Positions 55,314 to 64,000 of a DNA stretch of 64,000 nt are shown here, one piece after another (within the stretch, counting starts at the first letter, position 1; each line of letters begins with the position of its first letter). Under the pieces are notes generated by a model, which searched no databases, had not been told where the DNA came from, and was given only the letters and a program-made list of their open reading frames with translations. Source of the DNA: Klebsormidium nitens (lineage: Eukaryota; Plantae; Klebsormidiophyceae); contig DF236961.1 in assembly GCA_000708835.1 (NCBI GenBank), forward strand, positions 1 to 64,000, written 5' to 3'. Position numbers and translations under genes: made by a program.

Positions 55314-58300
55314 TTAAGCGGTCTGGCTCGTCTTGGCCTTCCCCTCCTTCGCCGCGTTCAGCCTCTTGGTCAGACCGGCGGCCATATCCTCGTGGATCTT
55401 GCCAAACAGCCCAACGACTCGGTCCTGCAGGAACTGCTGGCAGGGCGCGAGCATGCCCACGATGTTGCTCAGCGTCTGCTCCTTGTCCTCGTCCGAGAAC
55501 TTCTCCCACAAGGCACGCGGCTGATCCCAATCATCCTGCAAGGGAGGGAGGGGACGGTAAAACTTCAGTCCAACATAAGGGAAACGGGCAACGGAAAGAG
55601 AGAAGACAACGGCTGACGAAATTATTGAGCGTCCGGCTTCTTGTCATCGTTCGAGAACTTCTCCCACAAGGCACGTGGCTGATCCCAGTCATCCTGCAAG
55701 GAAGGGGGAGGGATTTCAGCGTGCGACTATCTTCCAGGGTGCACCGGCGACGGCAACGGGAAGCTTACAAATGACGTCTAGAAAGTTTCGACTTAATGGG
55801 AATGAACTACCTTCCTTTGATCACTTTTCGCTGCTGACAATCCTGCTTTGACGTGTTTCTCCGGGGCAGGTGAAGTAGTGAGCAATTCGCCCCGTCTTGC
55901 CGTTAGCAGAAGCACAACGAAACAACGAGGAATGTTCCAACCCGCTGTTAAACTTCGCCCTGAAGCACGTCCGCTGACTTGCTCTTCTTCAAAAACGTCC
56001 TCGTACCTCGTCCGCCAACTTCTTCTTGGGCGGCAATCTGCTGTTACAAGACGTCCTCAGGCTTACCTGGTCCGCCACTTCTTGTTAGCCAAGGCTTCTG
56101 CTGTTACCAATAACGTCTTCTTACCTCGTCCGCCCACTTTTTTGGGGGGCATATTGCTGTTGGAAAGAAGACGTCCTTTTACCTGGTCCGCCCACTTATT
56201 GTTGGCCAAGGCTTCTGCTGTTACTAAGAATGTCTTCTTACCTCGTCCGCCCACGATTTATTGGGCGCAAACTGATGTTGATAAAAAGACGTCCTCTTAC
56301 CTGGTCCGCCCACTTCTTGTTGATATAGCGGCCGGCGAGACCTGCCGGGACTTGGAACGGCTCGGGGTACTTGACGGCCGGGTCGGGCCGCGGCGCGTTA
56401 GGGTACAGCTCGCGACTGTTGGGATAGTAATTGGGTCCAGAACCGCCGTTGTCACCGCACTGCATGAGGCCGTCAACCTGGGAAAACGAAAGTTTACCCG
56501 TTGCATATTACCTTCAATTAAGCTCGTTTCACTTGACGAGCTCCTGGTATCGATCCATGTTCGAATCAGCGTATCCTGTGATTGCTGCAAATTTTGCTTA
56601 CCCGTTGCATATCTAGACATTAGAAGCAGGTCCTGTGAGTTAATCAGAAGATTCAAGAGAAAGAGCGCTTGTGAATGCAGGCGGATGCGTAATCAACAGC
56701 AAGATAGGCCTTGTCAGGCCGCTGCGAGCGCCACATGATAGTTCGGAAGCACATGTCAGCGCCGTTGATCGAAATCCTCCCATACATTTGGGTTCGGTCA
56801 ACTGAGATTTCTCGTAAGAAACGCTTGTGTTTCGATTATAAAACCTATCCAAGGCTGCTCCTTTTCAAAGCTTACCTGCTCTTTCAAATTTCGCTTTTCA
56901 CAGCAACCGAAGCGCTCTGGAAACGACGAGCGACGAGCTTGGGGCAGTAGCCTATAGCTTTGTATTTATAGGCCTTGCTACCAATCTGCCCACGTACCTA
57001 TGAGCGGCGCCATATCTTGACGTAAGAGACTGACCTAATCGTAAAAGGCAGCTTCGACAGTTGCATAGCCAGAAAACTCACGTGATAGTTCTGCGCCTTG
57101 TGACGCGGCTTGTTGACGGGAATCAGTAAGAAGTTGGAGCCCAGGCGGTACCGCGCCGCATCGTCGTAGCTAAACAGGCGGGCCTGCGCGAGCGGAAGAG
57201 ACACGTGTCGGACGTCCGTTGCACAAATGAACAGCTGCTTCTGTGGACAGGTGTCAGAACCAGTAGCACAAGCCACGTTTGAAGTTCTTGTACGTCAACG
57301 ATTATGGCGCCGTTAGAAAGCCCCGGAATGTGTGGAAAAGCAGCTAGGTGGGTTAGCGCAAAAGGTTGAAGTTTTTGATGTGGAAGGTGTAAACTTGATA
57401 GCTGGAAAGTTAAGGCCTAACCGGGAGTATGCAATCAGTTATCGTTCCCCACACGAGGGCATATGCGCCGGGGCGGAAGCAGCCTGCTTGACCTCCTCGT
57501 TAAGGAGGGTGTAAATAGATGAATACTAACCAGAGATGGGTTAAAAAACTAACCTGCAGCACCCGGTCGGGGGATGCCTGGATGCCAGGGGGCATATGCG
57601 ACGGGCTGAAGGCCGCCTGCTCCACCTCGTTGAAGTAGTTGGTTACGTTGCGGTCAAGAACCAACCGGCCGACCTCCTGCAGGGGGTACTCCTTGTGCGG
57701 CCACGTCTTGGTCAGATCGAACGGGTCCCACTTGAAGGTCTCCGCTTGTTCGGGGCTCATCACCTGCAACAAGCGATCGAAAACTTGTCGATTTAGAAAG
57801 GCTGACCGTGTCTGCTTGCGGGAGCCCCGTCCCTTGTCTTGCATAGGAAACAGCCCAACTGATCGGGGCGTTGCAGCTTATGTAAGAGGACAAGCGAGTC
57901 AACAAATTGTATCGTCAACCACTCTCTCTGGTTGGCTTAGATGACCGCTTTACACAAATTTCGGCCCGAATCAACAATTGCTACAAACGCTTGTGGCTGG
58001 TTGGGATTGTCCAAGTAATTCAATGTGTGTCCCCAATATGTTGAACTCTCAAGTTTTCGGTAAATAATCCAAGACGAAGGCCACCGCCCGGATCCCTTGG
58101 ATAAACAAAAGGAATGTCAAAAGCACCTATCTCTGATGGGGGCCTCTTCGAAGGTCATCAAAGTAAACAGAGGAAAGAAACCGCACCTGAACATAGAAGG
58201 TCCAGCTCGGGTGCTCTCCCCGTGCAATCGCTTCGTAAAGGTCCTCCTTTGCAGAATCAGGACTCTCGCCTGCGACCTTCACGGCCTCCTGATGGGTCCA

Positions 58301-61300
58301 GTTTTTGATGCCCTGGGTGACAAGAGCAAGGCGTTTTTCCAATAGAGCAAACGATGAAACCGACATTCGGGTACGACCTCCAGAGGACGAACTTAAACAG
58401 AATGATTAAACAAACGCCAACCCCAAGTCTCTTGTCGATGACACGTTCACTTTCAACCTTTCTTTTTTTCGTAAGAATACTTGTTTTTCAACGGCGTGCG
58501 GGAACCTTCATAAGTCTCATAACTTTTGTCATGAGCTTCAAGCACTGACTCGCCAGCATACCGGTTAGCCTTGTCTAACCCAGTCACCACGCACGGAGGA
58601 GAAGCCGTTCAAAATAATCCTGGTAAAGAATTTGCAAAAAGCCCCTCCCCCACCTGGTTAGTCTTGAAGTGGAACTTGACCCAGTTGAACTGGCCCTCCT
58701 TGTTGACCCACTTGAAGGTGTGGCTGCCGTAGCCGTTCATGTACCGGGGGCTGACCGGGACACCACGAGGGCTGAACAGGATCAGCACCTGCACAAGCCA
58801 AAGGCGTGACGTCAGCACTTGTTGAGCAAAGTTACGACCTAGAATGATGGGCGCCGCTCGTCATATGGCAAGCTGATCGGTTGGTTAATCCCTTAAACGG
58901 ACGGAAATTGTTGCTACCTTGAGCGGGGAGTTAGAAGTGTACAGTGCATCCACCGTCGTCGTTTTAGACACACTGCCATTGTCCGAGAAGGTTCTCAATG
59001 ACAGCTCATGACCGGGAGCGCGCCCCGCGATTTTGCGCTAAGACGAGCCGGGCACGGAAAGCTGGGGCAGTCTTGATACATGTCCTTTGCTTCTTCGCAC
59101 ACCGTTTCGGCGGACAACTGGGTTCGTTCTGAGCAACACCATCGTAAAGCCATTTCACATCTGCTCGAAAACTATCATGCAAGATGTCTTAGCGCTGTTT
59201 TTAAGAAAAGCAAGAAAGAAAGTTGCGCGATTCACCTGGTGGAACGACTCGGGCACGAGGCTGAGGAAGTCCCAGAACATGTCGGGGTCCTTGGTGTGCT
59301 TCGCCGGGTGGCGCTTCTGAGTGTGGATGAGGTCGGGGAACTTGCTCGGGTCACGGATGAAGAACACCGGGGTGTTGTTGCCCACCTTCAAGCCAGCGGT
59401 TCGGTAACGTCAGGAATGCCGCAGAACGGATGCTAAAATCTTCATTCTTATTCTCATCAAGCTTGGTGAAGGGATAAACCCCTTATGCTTAAGGTCTTAA
59501 ATCAAGGACGGTTGATAACTACGAAGTCGACCAAAAAACAAGTGATCCCGAAGAAGCAAGCCAGATTTCCTTTTTACCCGTGAAATTGGTAAAGAATTAA
59601 AGCACATTTGACGGCCAGGAGCGGACCTAAGAAACGACGAGTCCGAAGCTGAACCCAGGCATGGCAGCGTTGCAAATCTGCATCTTTAAATCAGGTAAGG
59701 GAGACGATTCCAGTTTTATGAGCCTAGGGCCTCGCGACCTCACCATGTCCCAGTTGCCCTCCTCCGTATAGAACTTGACGGAGAAGCCCCGCGGGTCACG
59801 GACGGTGTCCGCACCACCGGACTCGAATCCAACGGTGGAGAAGCGAGCGAGGATGGGAGTCCTCTTGCCCACCTCGCTCAAAAAATTGGCTTTGCACAGG
59901 TGCGTGACGTCCTGCAGCAAGATGACAATCTATCACAGGAGGACAATATCGAAACAAGCAAGCCATCCAGCCGAGGAGAAAGTTTGCATCTAGTTTTGTT
60001 TGAGGCCGCTTGTGCTTCTTCCCACTCTATGCAGGCCATAAGCGACGGCGTCGACCTCGATGTAGCACGGAACTATCTAAACTTGTAAAGGGGGACATGG
60101 ACGATATCCTCGCATGGTTTGGTCGTGCAAGAGATTACACATACAACAGAGGATACTACTTGCGTAGATGCCAGCACTTTACTAGACCGAGTCTCAAAGG
60201 CTCGATGTTCAGATTCACGACCCTTTCAGAAAGTAGAACGGACTGGCTTCCTCTACTCCTACGGGAGTGTTTTATTGAGCTCCATGAACTCTTCGCCGTA
60301 TATCAGGACAAGCTCGGTCCCGTACCTTGGTGACTTCGAAGTAGCCGTGCCCTCCCTGGCCGCTCGCATGGACGACTCGCTCGGGGATTCTCTCGCGGTT
60401 GAAGTGGGCGAGCTTCTCGATCAGCGTAAAATCTTCCATCAGGATAAGGCCCCCATCACCAACCGTGAAACTGCAGAAGGTTCAGAACGCACGTGTGGGA
60501 TAGGTGTTGAACTAACAGTATATCGTTTTCAGGTGGATTGTACAAGCCTTCCGTGCAGAACACAGTCCTGCATCAAAATGAGGGCCCAATGCCGACCATA
60601 AAGGTTGAAATGTTTCCCAGCGAAATCGGGCCACGAAGACCAAATGCCAACTCGCAGAACAAGTGACAGAGAGAAATAAGTACAACAAAGAAACCAAGAA
60701 GAGTGACTATATTCGCAAGCGCGAGGTATATTGACGCAAAAAGCTCTCCCTTTCAACGATGCTGCGAGGGGCAATAGACGTGAATCTGCCTTCTTGACCT
60801 TAAAAATTGGACGAAGGACGAGGGGAAAGAGCCCAGGTTGAGAATCTGGACAAAACTATAGCCACCAGAAAGAGAAACTTATCGGAAGGACTATAGCCAC
60901 AATATAGGATTGTTCTGCAGCAATTGGTGCCCCTCAAAAGGCAAGCCTGAATATCAGAAAACTTCATGCCCACGTCTGAAAACGATGTATGGTACACTCG
61001 GGCATCTGAGGAAGTTTCCCGAAGAACAGTACTGCCGTGGGGGCGGAGCTCTTCTCCAGACCTGCCCCAAAGGCAGCTCCTTGCAAACTTCAACACGTGT
61101 TTTTCAGAGGTGATGGGAACTAACAGCTGCTGCTTTTCAGTGTGATGGGAACTAACACGCAATCAGGTTTGAACAGTAAATTCCCTGTGCATTGACCAAC
61201 CTCGCTCTGGAAAGGAGCTTCTTAGTTGGCCTCTCGAAGTTGGCAGCTGCTCAAAAGAATCGGCTTGCTATACTCTTGACCAGGAAATTTCATTCCGCAA

Positions 61301-61964
61301 CATGAGCTCGTTCTGCAATCGACAATGTCGCCCCTTCATTTCAGGCTACTGTTTTGAAGAAAAGTCTGTGAGGTTGTGACGCCTCCAGGAATCAAACTTT
61401 CAAGGGGAACTCATCTTCTCTGGGCCTTTATGAGTATGTCACAAACAGCTGTCATGCAGTACCGGTTACTTGAACCAGGTTGAGAGCATAAGTTCCAGTG
61501 TAATCTGATTGATGCAGCAGACAGACTTTTGTCATTTTAAAAGTTTAACCTGTCTTTTACACCAGCATTAATACCCCCACCTATTATACCGAATTATGAC
61601 CTTAAGAGCAGCTTTCTTCTGAAACTGATCGTTATAACATGTTCCTACTTCTGTTCTGTGCCGATTCAATTGGCTCAAACACACTCAGGACCGTCCGATT
61701 TTGTGCAGCTTTCTGCTGAGATTCCTTGCTTGCATGAACAGGGGGGCCGACATCTGGTGATAGGGTGTCAAGGGAACGTAACAAAAGCAAAGCTGACTGC
61801 AGTCAAGCGCACCTGTTGTTGTCGTCTTGGATGGGGTGGCCACCCCCCGAAGTGTACAGGGGCGTCTTCCCATCAGAGCCCATCTTCTGCTGATTGGCTG
61901 CAGCGCCACTTGACGTGGTCTTCACCTCAGCGGACCCATTGGCGTCCCCGTTGCTGGCCGTCAT
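55314..61964 (-). CDS. CAT: Monofunctional heme catalase (~528 aa), clade-3-like
   Basis: Exons 61964-61813, 60470-60326, 59911-59744, 59385-59236, 58788-58654, 58312-58187, 57763-57554, 57183-57082, 56477-56301, 55535-55314. Motifs: [18 protein letters not shown]…[55 protein letters not shown] (Tyr heme ligand). Confidence 0.96.
55622..55693 (-). other. Duplicated, truncated copy of the catalase terminal exon with its own acceptor
   Basis: ccttgcag|GATGACTGGGATCAGCCACGTGCCTTGTGGGAGAAGTTCTCG encodes [23 protein letters not shown]. It matches the start of the true last exon at 55535 ([20 protein letters not shown]…). Confidence 0.85.
55995..56322 (-). repeat. Six ~59-bp tandem units, each containing a copy of the catalase exon-9 end and 5' splice site
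   Basis: Units start (+ strand) at 55995, 56051, 56113, 56171, 56230 and 56289. Each reads acgtc…tacct(g/c)gtccgcc, i.e. minus-strand GAC(C/G)AG|GTA. Two unit types alternate. Confidence 0.88.
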
Positions 61965-63285
61965 CTTGTCCTTAACAAAATTCGAGCTCTGTTCAAGCAG
62001 CCTGCTTGTTAGTGTTCAATAAAACTGCTTTCTCAATTACGGGTCACCTCTGACACTGTTTGAGCTTTCAGCCCAACGGCAGCTAGTAGGAGCTGGCGCA
62101 GCACTGACGCAGAGACCGCTTGCGATTGCCTTAACTGCCTTCAATAATTCAACGTCGTTCCAGCTCGCAGACGCTTTTCGCAGGCGCTTTTCGTAGAGCT
62201 CAGCTGAAAACGTCAGAAGGGACATGGAACGAGGATGCCTGTACGTTGACGCTAGCACCTGATCAGAAAAGGAAAGGGAATGGACCTTCGAAAAGGACCC
62301 AAAAAGCATACACTTCAGTACAGCTCTAGCTTAGGTATCTTCGGATCATGAGCTACCGTACAATTAGGGCAGCGAAAGTCGATCTGCATGCATGCTGCCA
62401 GTGCACCGATGCGGACTCGCCTGGACGCTCTGCATGTCGGCAGAGTGGCCGCCCCTCGATCAATGTCTCCACTCAATGATTGCTCGTCTGCAGATTGGGG
62501 CTTTTGATGTGCTCGTCCGACATTCTCGCATGCAAACTTCAAAAGCCCCCGGGCCAATCATGATCAATTGAAGTGAGTCGATCGCGTCATGATCAGCGGG
62601 CCGGCCGCGCCGGCGCTCGATCCGCGCCGCGTACGCGCGCTGCATGCGAGGCTCTCCCTAGGCTTAATTCGGCCGCGCTGATGTGTGTTGCGAACGGCCG
62701 TGAAATGCAGATAACAAATTAGGAACGGCAGCTACGCGTAAATCAGTCACCGAGGCTAAACCTCCAAAACGGGGAGTAATGTGGATTCCAGCACCAAGTC
62801 AAGCGTACATCCAGACATGAAAACATCTCCACACTGCTAGGCCATGGCAAATAGGGTTTAATCGATTGTTCGACTCATTTGTCGTTTGCAGCTATCGATC
62901 AAACATGTGTGTATCTCGGTTGCACACAAAGTCAAGGCCGTGGACATGGATCTGGCCAGTCAGATTCATTGCACGTATGTGGCAGGGGGGCAAACAGAGC
63001 TAGGGTTGATGTATGGACGTGTGATCAATAAAAGGCGAGCCATCAATGCAGGTCTACCTGTGACAAGCATTCATGGATGATCCTGAGGCTGGCGCTTTCA
63101 CCATGTCAAAGCATGATAAATGGATCGACTCAAAGCAAGCACTGCCTAAAGTCGTTTGAGCTCGGTCAATCATACTCTGTGAGCAATGCAAACGATGTAC
63201 ACCCGCGCAACTTGCACACGCTTGCTTTGAGAAGCTCAGGTGACAGTTCGCATAAATTATGGTACAATCCGCTTTACTCTGATGC

Positions 63286-63780
63286 TCACCTTGTAAAGGT
63301 GACAACGACTGGGTTCCCATCCGCGGTCTTCTGCTGGTCGTAAGTCGGCTCTACCCATTTTGTACAGTTCAGCGCACGCGATACAAATACAAGCCCTGCT
63401 CCTCGGTCCCTCTCTGCAGGGTTTTTCCACTGCCCATATAACTCAACGCGAGCATCGCTTATGCCAGCAGACACGATCTCCATATACTGTGGGCTCAGCG
63501 GCGCTGAGTTGAAGTCCCCAGCCAGCACGATTGACACACGAGCCGACGAACTCGTGTCGCTAACATTGGTTACGGGCTGTTCCTGGCCCGATAACCTTTC
63601 GTCTGCCTTGCCTCCAGTTTGCAAGGCCTCCCGGATGTGCTCCGCAACTGCCCGAGCCTGTGCTGTTCGGTCTCGGTCGTCCTCGCCAAAGTGAGTGTTC
63701 ATGAGGTGTAGCGTTTGGGTCCCAACTTGAACCGTTGCATGCTGCAAGGGTGCCAACGGTAGGTTCAGGCCGAATTTCAA
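63286..63780 (-). CDS. 3' part of an endonuclease/exonuclease/phosphatase (EEP) domain gene; the rest lies beyond the window
   Basis: LHLMNTHFGEDDRDRTAQARAV, VLAGDFNSAP…Y…GISDA, GLVFVS and ADGNPVVVTF follow EEP motif order. Exon boundaries are uncertain. Confidence 0.7.
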   Translation of the reverse strand: MKFGLNLPLAPLQHATVQVGTQTLHLMNTHFGEDDRDRTAQARAVAEHIREALQTGGKADERLSGQEQPVTNVSDTSSSARVSIVLAGDFNSAPLSPQYMEIVSAGISDARVELYGQWKNPAERDRGAGLVFVSRALNCTKWVEPTYDQQKTADGNPVVVTFTR

Positions 63781-64000
63781 GCAAGTTTTCGCCAGAAGCG
63801 TTCAGCTCATCAACAACTGATTCTTGGATGGGTGAAGGATGAACGCAGTTTGCCGTGAAAGAGATCGCCCCTCCTATTCCCTCCGTCTGTGACAGACAAA
63901 GGCCAACCACAGGGTCAAGTCCCGGATAGAAGCTCGTTGACGACATCCATTTACTCGGCAACTGCATCTTTTCTGAGTCCCCTGATCTAAGAACCAAACG

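Noticed and set aside
55848-56738. 296-aa plus-strand ORF with internal repeats
   Set aside because: Antisense read-through of the splice-donor array and catalase exon 9; no independent coding signal.
61101-61157. 24-25-bp direct duplication in catalase intron 1
   Set aside because: A real but small local duplication with no functional clue.
62495-62560. Short inverted repeat (ggggcttttga / tcaaaagcccc) upstream of catalase
   Set aside because: An 11-bp stem is too short to support an element or regulatory call.

Overview
Eukaryotic nuclear DNA with GC-rich exons and many GT-AG introns. It is most consistent with a streptophyte (Klebsormidium-like charophyte) green alga; this is inferred from gene content and plant-like sequences. 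The first ~9.3 kb is an accessory zone of orphan or degenerate ORFs, a near-perfect hairpin and a MITE-like element. From ~9.3 kb, eight multi-exon genes were reconstructed by hand, plus a partial ninth at the right edge: ALWAYS EARLY/LIN-9 (-), a secreted ferritin-like desiccation-related protein (+), CMP-Kdo synthetase kdsB (-), plastid glutathione reductase (+), a plastid phosphomannomutase/phosphoglucomutase-family protein (-), an orphan repeat protein with an apparent thylakoid-lumen presequence (+), zeta-carotene desaturase (-), a clade-3-type heme catalase (-), and the 3' part of an EEP-domain gene (-). The most notable items are (1) the unrecognised ~448-aa hydrophilic repeat protein built from duplicated phase-1 exons, (2) a catalase last intron with six tandem 5' splice-site copies and a duplicated terminal exon, (3) bacterial-like catalase and desiccation protein sequences, and (4) an apparent 1-nt frameshift in ALY. 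No CRISPR array, rRNA or intact tRNA was seen. Family assignments come from recalled motifs; no database search was run.
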